From assembly GCF_963921235.1 (NCBI RefSeq), contig NC_086106.1, positions 16,678,001 to 16,742,000 of the forward strand: a DNA stretch of 64,000 nucleotides, given 5' to 3'. Shown one piece after another: positions 49,301 to 57,069 of this stretch. Origin of the DNA: Mobula hypostoma. Lineage: Eukaryota. Every line of letters begins with the position of its first letter. Position 1 is the stretch's first letter. Under the pieces are notes generated by a model. It was not told the DNA's origin, ran no database searches, and saw nothing but the letters and a program-made list of their open reading frames with translations. The position numbers and the translations under genes are program-made.

Positions 49301-51433
49301 CACAAACAAGAAAAAAAATCTGCAGATGCTGGAAATCCGAGCAACACACACACACATAATGCTGGAGGAACAAACCGTCCTAGCTGATACCACCCAGGAA
49401 ACTATGGCAGCATAAAAGCCAGGACCAACAGACTCCAGGACAGCTTCTTCCACAAGGCCATCAGACTGATTAATTCATGCTGACACAACTGTATTTCTAT
49501 GTTATATTGACTGTCCTGCTGTACATAATACATATTACAAATTACTATCATTTAGACAGAGACATAACATAAAGATATTTACTCCTCATGTATATGAAGG
49601 ATGTAAGTAATCAAGTCAATTCAAGCTCGGCAGGCCAGGCAGCATCTATGGAAAAGAGTATATTTGATGTTTCTGGCCGAGACCCTTCCTCAGGACTGAC
49701 GATTTGGGGCGGCTTTGCTGCCTCAGGGCCTGGACACCTTGCAATCGTTGAGGGAACAATGAATTCAAAATTGTATGAAGACATTTTACAGCGTAGCAGT
49801 CTGTCACCTGAAGCTTAAGGCAATGATCCAAAACACAAGGGTAAATCAACAACAGAATAGTTTAAAAAGAAGAAAATTCATGTTTAGGAATGGCCAAGTC
49901 AGAGTCCAGATCTTACCCCAGGTAAGGGGGCTGTTCATGCAAGGTATTCCAGAGATATTGATGAACTGAAACGGCTTTGTATGGAGGAATGGTCTAAAGT
50001 TCCTCCTTGCCGTTGTGTGAGTCTGGTCAGCAGCTAGAAGATATGTTTGCTGCAAAAGGAAGTTCTACCAGTTATTAAATACAAGGATTCACATACTTTT
50101 TCCCAGCCTGGACTGTGAATGATTAAACAATGTGTTCAATAAAGACATGAAAAGTACAATTGTTTGTGTGTTATTAGTTATTGTGTTGGGCACGTGGCCA
50201 AGTGGTTAAGGCATTCGTCTAGTAATCGGAAGGTCGCCGGTTCGAGCCTTGGCTGAGGCAGCATGTTTGTGTCCTTGAGCAAGGCACTTAACCACACATT
50301 GCTCTAGTCTGCGTGAGGAATGGCGCCCCACACAGACTTCCAATCTGCGCCTTGTAAGGCATGAAAATGCCCGACGTGGGCCTCTCATGGTCTGAGTCGA
50401 CGTTCCCTCCCCCCCCAATTAGTTTAGGGAGATTGTGTTTGTCTATTATTGTGACTTGGATGAAGATCAGGCAACATTTTATGAGTAATTAATGCAGAAA
50501 ACCAGGTAAATGCAAAGGGTTCACAAACTTTCTCCTGCAACTATATGTTGTGAAATTTGTTGCTCTGTGGCGGTGGTTCAGTGCAAGACCAAAAGGTGAT
50601 GATAAATAAATCAGAATGGTGAGGTTCAAGGACTATTGGGAAATCTGATGGCAGAGGGGACGAAGTTGTTCCTGAAACTTCTGGTGTGGGGCTTCAGGCA
50701 TCTGCCTCTCCCCCCTAATGGAAGACGGCATGTCCCAGATGGCGAGGGTCCTTAGATTTGCGGGCCTGGGTGTAGACCCCACAAGCTGGGCTGCGGGAGG
50801 GAGCCGAGGGGAGACCTGGACTGAACCCCCACCTCTCTCTCTCTCTCTCTACAGAGGCCACGTGTCACGGCCCCGGGTGTGCGGCCCCCACCAGCTGTGC
50901 CTGCAGTTCTGGGAGAGAGAGTGTGGGCAGCCCAGCGTACAGTCCCTCCAGCAGCGGCTGCAGGGCAGTCTGCAACAGCGGCCTCTGCTCCTGCGTCTAC
51001 GCGGGCACAACTGTACCATCCTCAGCGCCAGGTGCGAGCGGGAGGGGCGCCAGTGGGCTGTCTATCACTGTTCGGGGTGGGGGGGAAGAACACAAGATCA
51101 GTCGTCTCCGCGGCGGGGTGCAGGGAGGGGGTGCGTGGCGTGCACCCCCCCCCACACACACACACACACACACGGGGATAGAACTGTAGGGGAGGGGTAC
51201 AGGTGTGTTACATTGACCCTTCTCTCTCTCTCTCTCCACACAGGATGGAGCCTCCCGCGGGCACGGCGACCGCAGTGACCGCGGCGTGTGCCTCGCTGTC
51301 AGGGCTCCTGGTGCTGGCGGTGCTGGGCCTGGGCACCTCTCGACTGCTCCGCAGGGGGAGGCGGCGCGTGGGGACGGGGCAAGGGGCGGACACCTCCGCC
51401 CCAGGAGAGACAGAACACAAGCCACAGCCCTAG
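31021..51433 (+). CDS. CIROP: Ciliated left-right organizer metallopeptidase (leishmanolysin-like peptidase 2, family M8), complete spliced CDS (15 exons, 2160 nt, about 719 aa)
   Basis: join(31021..31306,32201..32294,32892..32943,33187..33333,34141..34266,37945..38029,38649..38788,39793..39973,40951..41020,44759..44855,46811..46915,47179..47301,47820..48106,50855..51031,51244..51433). Signal peptide followed by CIHD, PLLLSRD, PSVIAYA, zinc motif HELFHALGFS, SSHWESRVLQGSIMTA (third His and Met-turn), GLGCHYLHLDK, C-terminal hydrophobic helix with basic tail. Lies next to C14orf119 and ACIN1, as in human. Confidence 0.93.
32201..32294 (+). CDS. CIROP: CIROP coding exon 2
   Basis: ccgcag|(V)IPVVDPLLLSRDPEAYCKSVWRNQSLPNFN-aa|gtaact. 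Confidence 0.92.
32892..32943 (+). CDS. CIROP: CIROP coding exon 3
   Basis: ttacag|(K)CGQVNANYQVERCLDVV|gtgaga. Confidence 0.88.
33187..33333 (+). CDS. CIROP: CIROP coding exon 4
   Basis: gtgcag|IPDEHLSGFGVW...GVPGADFILYVKAADTRKCRRE|gtgggt. Confidence 0.92.
33334..33725. repeat. G-rich tandem repeat (about 19 bp, ggtgggtggagtcaggg), CIROP intron 4
   Basis: Visible tandem units starting at the donor site. Confidence 0.85.
34141..34266 (+). CDS. CIROP: CIROP coding exon 5
   Basis: ccacag|PSVIAYASYCKVDQVGRPIAGSVTFC...TKL|gtaggt. Confidence 0.93.
35915..36228 (+). mobile_element. tRNA-derived SINE, full length
   Basis: A-box GTGGCCAAGTGG, B-box-like GAGTACGAGCC, GTCTTTGAGCAAGGCACTTAACC core, A tail; sister copy at 52701-53015. 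Confidence 0.85.
37155..37625 (-). mobile_element. RTE-clade LINE 3' fragment nested in a CR1 (about 36920-37860)
   Basis: YQSCVLSTLLYGSECW...SFHTTSLRKILHLFWPRKISN. Confidence 0.8.
37945..38029 (+). CDS. CIROP: CIROP coding exon 6 (catalytic HExxH)
   Basis: ttccag|TTIHELFHALGFSKDLFNSWLECSLTTD-c|gtaggt; HELFH at 37954-37968. Confidence 0.95.
38649..38788 (+). CDS. CIROP: CIROP coding exon 7
   Basis: ccacag|(P)SPHCSPRGSVTNTD...IFTPNVVAQMRRHF...GGPLENW|gtgagt. Confidence 0.92.
38800..39480 (+). mobile_element. CR1 3' fragment with internal 24/27-bp tandem expansion (39157-39393)
   Basis: RLNRVGLYSLEQRRSRGDL; repeated gggtacatgggtgggagggtacggtcc. Confidence 0.82.
39793..39973 (+). CDS. CIROP: CIROP coding exon 8
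   Basis: LQAGLPSSHWESRVLQGSIMTAA...DPVTLGAMADTGWY...LVWGQ-g|gtgagt; an alternative in-frame acceptor would start the exon at 39799. Confidence 0.92.
40195..40890 (-). mobile_element. Rex1/Babar LINE 3' fragment
   Basis: ORF 40379-40753 FYRCTVESILTGCITVWYG...LLPSGRRYRS...RFRNSFFP; (CTGATT)n tail. Confidence 0.9.
40951..41020 (+). CDS. CIROP: CIROP coding exon 9
   Basis: caacag|(G)RGENFGLTETCHENSSEYFCTG-ag|gtatgg. Confidence 0.9.
41034..44625. repeat. G-rich minisatellite filling CIROP intron 9: 45-bp unit (41034-44110) grading into a 34-bp unit (44110-44625)
   Basis: Units gggagtgaatgggaaggggtgggtcccattgggagtgtggacggt and ggggtccattgggagtgtaattggtgggtgtgtt. Confidence 0.97.
44759..44855 (+). 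CDS. CIROP: CIROP coding exon 10
   Basis: ccttag|(S)GLGCHYLHLDKASCLTDDLLDGCRIYKPLANR|gtaggg. Confidence 0.93.
45585..45760 (-). mobile_element. HE1/V-SINE-like SINE
   Basis: Minus strand ggacagcacggtagtgtagtggttagcac...ggttcaattccc...gttctccccgtgacc; related copy at about 53438-53550 (+). Confidence 0.65.
46811..46915 (+). CDS. CIROP: CIROP coding exon 11
   Basis: ttgcag|SECWKAEN...GEIYGVDSRCFLSNLSRA|gtgagt. Confidence 0.93.
47179..47301 (+). CDS. CIROP: CIROP coding exon 12
   Basis: ctgcag|GPQGQEAVGRCYLHRCSG...VQGSDWLPCRPGDSVQ|gtaggt. Confidence 0.92.
47820..48106 (+). CDS. CIROP: CIROP coding exon 13
   Basis: tttcag|VPGYLGLVSCPAVLC...AAGIP-ag|gtaaca; the 3' part is divergent and could hide a small intron. 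Confidence 0.8.
48367..50543 (+). mobile_element. Tc1/mariner DNA transposon with long TIRs, pseudogenised, with nested insertions
   Basis: TA on both sides; TIR CAGTTGTAAGGAAAAGTTGTGAACCCTTTG / CAAAGGGTTCACAAACTTTCTCCTGCAACTA; transposase GKGYKSISEAL...LPRSGHPAKITPR, VLWADETK, WPSQSPDL with stops and frameshifts. Confidence 0.92.
50185..50417 (+). mobile_element. tRNA-derived SINE inside the right TIR of the Tc1 element
   Basis: Same head as the 35915 SINE but a different 3' body; TSD ATTAGTT. Confidence 0.8.
50855..51031 (+). CDS. CIROP: CIROP coding exon 14
   Basis: ctacag|(R)GHVSRP...FWERECGQPSVQSLQQRLQGSLQQRPL...ILSA-ag|gtgcga. Confidence 0.82.
51244..51433 (+). CDS. CIROP: CIROP coding exon 15 (transmembrane helix and tail)
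   Basis: acacag|(R)MEPP...ACASLSGLLVLAVLGLGTSRLLRRGRRR...PQP-TAG. Confidence 0.82.
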
Positions 51434-51568
51434 GGGAGGGAGGCAGAAACTCCTCACCGAATACGAGCCCTCCCCGACGTTCCTCGCTTCCCCTCCCCAT
51501 CGAACATCCCTCTCCCGCCCCTCCAATACTCCTCCCTTCCTCTCCTCACACTGCTGATCCCACTAAGT

Positions 51569-51604
<36 letters not shown>

Positions 51605-51621
51605 GAGAAACACAGATCGGT

Positions 51622-51627
51622 TTTATT
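51622..51627 (-). terminator. Probable C14orf119 polyadenylation signal
   Basis: AATAAA on the minus strand, followed on that strand by a (TG)n downstream tract. Confidence 0.7.
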
Positions 51628-52013
51628 CAGGGTGCAGGCAGATGGACGAATGGGAGGGGAAAGGGAAGGGTGGGTGAGCTGCCCCATCTCCAGACCTTCC
51701 CTGCAGTCCTGGTTACTGGGGGAAGGGAAGGATTGGAATGTCTTCCCCCACGCCTGTTCGCATCCTGGCCAGCTCTCGGGCTGTCAGTCGCAGTAGACCA
51801 CCACGGCAGTGAGCAGAGCGATGTCCTCTCCCACGCTCCCGCCAGGTATCGATAGAAGCAGTCCACGACGACGGGGCAGGGAGGGCTGAGGAGGACTTGC
51901 CCACCACCCCGGCCAGCTCTCTGTCGAAGCGGCCTGCGAGCCCACACCTTCAGATCTCACTCGGGGTCGGCGACGGCAGGGGAGCAGCGGGCCGGGCCGG
52001 GGAAAGGGGGCAA

Positions 52014-52442
52014 TCAGGCCTCTCCCGCGCTCCCCGCCAGCTCCCGGTAGAAGCGGTCCGCGAAGGCGGGCTCGCTCTCCTCCAGGGCGGCCAGCAACCG
52101 GTTCCTGTCGTCGGGGCCCCAGGCCCGGAACCAGCGGGCCCACTGGCTCAGCTGGAGCTGGGCGAGGCTGAGGGGTTCACTGGAGACGCCCAGGGCCCCC
52201 AGGGATGGCAGCAGGCCCCACGCCTTGCCCGGCACCGCCCCCTGCAGCAGCTGGTGGAAGAAGCACTCCCGCTGGGCCGGGGGCCAGAAGCCAAACCAAC
52301 CAACCACGCAAGCTATCTGCTGGGAGGGGCTCTGTGGATACATCCCGTGGGGGGGCTGTGGGAAGAGGGGAGAGGTCCTGTCCTCCAATTCCGTGCTGAG
52401 AGTGCTCTGCGCGTGGGGAGTCGTCCCATCTTCCGCTTCCAT
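52014..52442 (-). CDS. C14orf119: C14orf119 homologue (DUF4508 family), single coding exon, 142 aa
   Basis: QQIACVVGWFGFWPPAQRECFFHQLLQGAVPGK...LQLSQWARWFRAWGPDDRNRLLAALEESEPAFADRFYRELAGSAG matches the recalled C14orf119 pattern; acceptor ctgacctctctcccctctgcccccag-g-ATG; conserved neighbourhood with ACIN1. Confidence 0.9.
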   Translation of the reverse strand: MEAEDGTTPHAQSTLSTELEDRTSPLFPQPPHGMYPQSPSQQIACVVGWFGFWPPAQRECFFHQLLQGAVPGKAWGLLPSLGALGVSSEPLSLAQLQLSQWARWFRAWGPDDRNRLLAALEESEPAFADRFYRELAGSAGEA

Positions 52443-52700
52443 CCTGGGGGCAGAGGGGAGAGAGGTCAGTGCCCTGTCCCAACCCTTCTCTCATTTCATC
52501 TCCACCCTGGGGGCAGAGGGGAGAGAGGTCAGTGCCCCGTTCCAACCCTTCTCCCATTTCATCTCCACCCTAGGGCTTGGGGCCAGAGGTGAGAGCCCTC
52601 CCTGTCCTCACCCCCATCTCCATACTGGGGGTGGGGGTGAGGTGTTGTGACTGTGGGGAGAGAGGAGAGCTCTCGTGCTCCATCTCCAATCCAGAGGAGA

Positions 52701-53015
52701 AATAAATAAGGCATCCGTTAGTCTTGCGAGACCATGGATCTGCGCCTGGAAAGTCTTCACTCTCCAGGGCGCAGGCCTGGGCAAGGATGTATGGAAGACC
52801 CGCAGTTGCCCATGCTGCAAGTCTCCTCTCTCCACGACAACGATGTTGTCCAAGGGAAGGGCATTAGGACCCATACAGCTTGGCACCAGTGTCGTCACAG
52901 AGCAATGTGTGATTAAGTGCCTTGCTCAAGGACACAACACACTGCCTCGGCTGGGGCTCGAACTCACGACCTTCAGGTCACCAGTCCAATGCCTTAACCA
53001 CTTGGCCACGTGCCC
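52701..53015 (-). mobile_element. tRNA-derived SINE in the C14orf119 intron
   Basis: Reverse complement of the 35915-36228 family; GAGGAGA-like TSD. Confidence 0.85.
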
Positions 53016-54034
53016 GGAGGAGAGAGGAGAGGAATTAGTGTGTCAATCCTGTTCCAACCCCTACCCTGCCCACCTCCCTCTCCTCTGCCTCCACATTGCA
53101 GGTTGCTGCGGGTGAGGAGAGAGGGGAACCAGCGTGCGTTTGACCCTCATCCCAGAGCTGTGTAGAAGGGAGCGGGAGGGGGGAAAGATGCAGTGTGCCT
53201 CAGATCACCCCCCCCACACCCCCTCCTGTCTCCATGTGTCAATCTGCCCCCCCCCAATCAGCCTCTCCTCTGCTCCCCACCCAACCCCTCCATCTCTGTC
53301 CCAGGTGCTGAAGAGAGGGGAGAGGCTGGTGTCTGTGTCCCTTCCCCTGCCCCGACACCAGCACGGCGTGTCCTTCGGATGCCCAGCCTACTGGGTTCTC
53401 CCAATGGCGGCTCCCCCAATGCCTAGCAGGTCCGATAGGGAGACTCTGGGTCCGATCCCAGGCACCGGCACTGCCTGTGTGGAGTTTGCCCGCTCTACCT
53501 GTGACCACGTGGCTTTCCCTGAGTTCTCAGATCTCCTCCCACACCATGGTGACTGCGTGGGGTTATCGATGAAGCCCTACCCCCCCCCATGTGGTAGAGG
53601 GAAATAATGCGAGGGGAGGAAGTAGGTGGGAACTGGTGGGCTGATGAGTCTTAATCTGTCCTCTATCTCCGAATAAATGAGTCGCTCTCGTTCTAATCTA
53701 AGACTGCATGATTCCATTTCCCCCTATACTGTTACAGAATCAGATTTAAGCCATTCAGCCCATCGAGTCTGCTGATTTCCTATCGACTGCATTTCCTGCC
53801 TGCTCCCTGTAACCCTTGACACCCTTACCAATAAAGAACTTGTCAGCCTCCCCAAGGTTTCCCAACGACTCAGATTCACCATCCTCTGGATAAAGAACAT
53901 CCTCATCGTTTCTGTTCTGGAGGGAAGTCACTGAACTCTGAGGTTACACTCCCAGATCCTAGACTCTCCCACTGTTGAAAACATAATCTTCACCTCTACC
54001 TTAGGCTTTCCAATAAGCGACAGGTGAGATACCC

Positions 54035-54744
54035 AAACATGAGGAAATCTGCAGATGCTGGAATTTCAAGCAACACACATAAAATTTGCTAATGATCGCA
54101 GCAGGCCAGGCAGCATCTCTAGGAAGAGGTACAGTCAACGTTTTGGGCCGAGGCCCTTCGTCAGGACTAACTGAAGGAAGAGCTAGTAAGAGATTTGAAA
54201 GTGGGAGGGGGAGGGGGAGATCCGAGATGATAGGAGAAGACAGGAGGGGGAGGGATGGAGCCAAGAGCTGGACGAGTGATTGCCAAAAGGGATGTGAGAG
54301 GATCATGGGACAGGAGGCCCAGGGACAAAGAAAAGTGGGGGGAGGACCCAGAGGATGGGCAAGGGGTATAGTGAGAGAGACAGAGGGAGAAAAAGGAGAG
54401 AGAGAAAACGAATGTGTGTATATAAATAAATAACAGATGGGGTACGAGGGGGAGGTGGGGCATTAGCGGAAGTTAGATAAGTCAAAGTTCATGCCATCAG
54501 GTTGGAGGCTACCCAGACGGAATATAAGGTGTTATTCCTCCAACCTGAGTGTGGCTTCATCTTTACGGTAGAGGAGGCCATGGATAGACATATCAGAATG
54601 GGAATGGGACGTGGAATTAAAATCTTTTACTAGCTCTTCTTTCAGTTAGTCCTGACGAAGGGTCTCAGCCTGAAACGTCGACTGTACCTCTTCCTAGAGA
54701 TGCTACCTGGCCTGCTGCGTTCACCAGCAACTTTCATGTGTGTT
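54035..54744. mobile_element. Penelope-like insertion with inverted terminal segment, inside a CR1 fragment
   Basis: 13-bp TSD AGGTGAGATACCC (54022-54034 and 54745-54757); 54627-54744 is an inverted copy of about 54071-54190; hammerhead motif at 54648-54683. Confidence 0.8.
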
Positions 54745-55405
54745 AGGTGAGATACCCCCTCATTCTTCTAAACTCCAGACCAGAGCAGCCGAACTGCCCC
54801 TCTAGACCCTGTAGTAGTCCAGAGGGAGCGAAATGCCCCCGCAGTTTCCAAGAACTTTCCCCAGAGAAACACACTGTGCTGCCCCGAAGGTGTTGATCAG
54901 ACTCGGGAACTGTCTGTCTGTCTGTATCTTGTTTTACGGCAGTTGGCATGCAGCTTAATGGTGCATTACCACCACCCTCTGCTCCAGAATGTGCACTAGA
55001 CATACATTCTAAATCCCTTCACCCAATCACACATATATATATATATATACACACACATACAAACCTACACTTCACCCTCCCATCTTTGACCATCCTAGTA
55101 TCCTATTCCTGTTCATTCGTCATATTCTATAAAAAAAAACCCTGTACCCCTTAAAAACGCTAAAAATACCCGGACTTGTGCTCTCTCACCCATGCCCAGC
55201 AACCCTTTGAATGTGAATTCCTGCACCCCCAACTCCCTTAATTTATTTCTCATCATCTCTCTCTGTATCCCATACTTCCTGCAACACAAAACTACATGTT
55301 CTACTGACTCCTCTTCCTGACATTCCTCTCACAATCCTGTCTGGTGTTTCCCTGTCATTTTTAACGTTTTGTTTAATGCACAGTGCCCCAGACTCGGGAA
55401 CTCAC

Positions 55406-55460
55406 CTGCTGTTGCCCCTTTAAACAGCCGCGGCGGCCCCACTTCCGGCCGCTGGCCCCG
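55406..55460 (-). other. Candidate non-coding first exon of C14orf119
   Basis: Strong minus-strand donor CAG|GTGAGT at 55406/55405 at the edge of the CpG island; ETS site ACTTCCGG 55441-55448; 5' boundary uncertain. Confidence 0.55.
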
Positions 55461-56095
55461 CCCAGTGAGGGCAAGGCGGGCGGTAACGTTTGGCTACTGG
55501 GCGAACGGTCAGACACCAGAACGGCGGAAAGACCCGAACGTGGACGAAAGTTGCCGAAGTTGGCCCCGCGGTTAATTAAAAAGGATTAAAGTATATCGTT
55601 GTGATTACCAGCTGTACTTGTGTATTTTCTTCAGTAAATTCGGTGGCGTCGTGTAGTTTGATGGTTTAATGGCGCTTTGCCTCGGAAACAGCCGCTACAG
55701 ATTAGAAGACAGTTCTAATGGGCGGGTTTTGGGATTGACCATTGCTGAACCGCGGCGATCGGACGCCAAGCAACCCAGAAGGACGCAGGCGACGAGTTGC
55801 ACGCCCAACCAATGGGAAGTAAACTCGTCAGGTTGGCGAGCCTATGGGAAACTGGAGCAACGGCCGCTAATCGGCTAATGGGAAACCGCAGAGCTTTGGG
55901 CCGCAGGCCAATGGGAAGAGAGAGAATCACAGATTGGCCAATGGGAGGTCGCCTCGAAATCTTAATGGATGGAGAGTGACACGTGAGGGCGGGGCGTCGA
56001 CTGGAGAGAGCCGAAGCCTCGCCGGAAAGAGCCGAGGTGGCGGCTCCTCCTCTCCGGCTCCCCCCACCTTGTCGGCCCGAGCGGGAGCAGGGAAA
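55430..56095. promoter_or_regulatory. Bidirectional CpG-island promoter, C14orf119(-)/ACIN1(+)
   Basis: CpG-rich; repeated CCAATGGGA-type boxes 55809-55947, E-box CACGTG 55980-55985, GC box GGGCGGGGC at about 55987, ETS site. Confidence 0.8.
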
Positions 56096-56233
56096 ATGGC
56101 GGATCTAGAAGACGTGACTCTGGACGGCAGGGAGCTGCAGAAACTACGCGTCACCGACCTGAAGGCGGCCCTGGAGGAGCGCGGCCTGGCCAAGAGCGGC
56201 TCCAAGAACGCGCTGATCAAGCGGCTGAAGGGG
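56096..56233 (+). CDS. ACIN1: Apoptotic chromatin condensation inducer 1 (Acinus), coding exon 1 with SAP domain; gene continues beyond the window
   Basis: [46 protein letters not shown]|gtgagc, close to the recalled ACIN1 N-terminus; no second exon seen in the window. Confidence 0.94.
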
Positions 56234-57069
56234 GTGAGCGGTGGGCGGGCAGGAACCCGGGCGGCAGCGGGCCTGGACTTAAACCGCCGCCCCACTTGTT
56301 TGTGGCGAGCGGCCGGGCCGCACTGCGCCTGCGCGCAGGGAGGTGAACGACGGTCCCCGCCGCACTGCGCATCCGCGGCGGTACCGAGTACCGGTCGTCG
56401 ACCTGGTGCGCCTGTGCGCTTGAAAGAACCGGCCTGACTTTTGGACTTGCGTGGTCCGGACCCACTTCACCTGTGCCTGAGTGAAGGTGGGTGTGGTGGG
56501 AGGGTCGTGGGCAGCAGCGGCTGTATTGCACATGCGCCTCTGCGGAGGTGGGTGACCAATCAGAGAGTCGATATGCCTCTCTGTCAGACTCTAACTGGCC
56601 AATCAAAGTCTACTTCTGTGCCCAAACCACTCTGAGCAGAGAGTCTGTCCGTATCTGTTAACACCTGATCAGGAAGAGTCGTTCTGTGCTTCAACACAGC
56701 AGCCAGTCCAATCGGATTGCCTGTTTATTGAGGCCTGAATGACTCGTTGATGGATGAAAGTGCCCTCTTCAAATCACTGATCAATTACACACTCTGGCTG
56801 CTGACCTCAGTTACTTACTGACCAATCAGATAGTTTGACTAACTCCTGCCGTCACGAGATACCAGAGATCATTAAACAGACCAATCAACCAGTTTGTTCA
56901 TTACACCCAGTAACACAACAGACGGTACTGTGTGTCACCCACAACATTTAGAGTCTGGCCATTGCCCTAAGTAACATGCTCCAATCAGAGTATGCTTGTA
57001 TCCATTAATAACTCACAGATCAATCAGAAGGTCAACGTTTAACTCAACAAAATCACTCACTACATAATT

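Noticed and set aside
55934-56437. 167-aa ORF as a complete protein
   Set aside because: Only 56096-56233 matches ACIN1; the rest is 5' UTR and intron read-through
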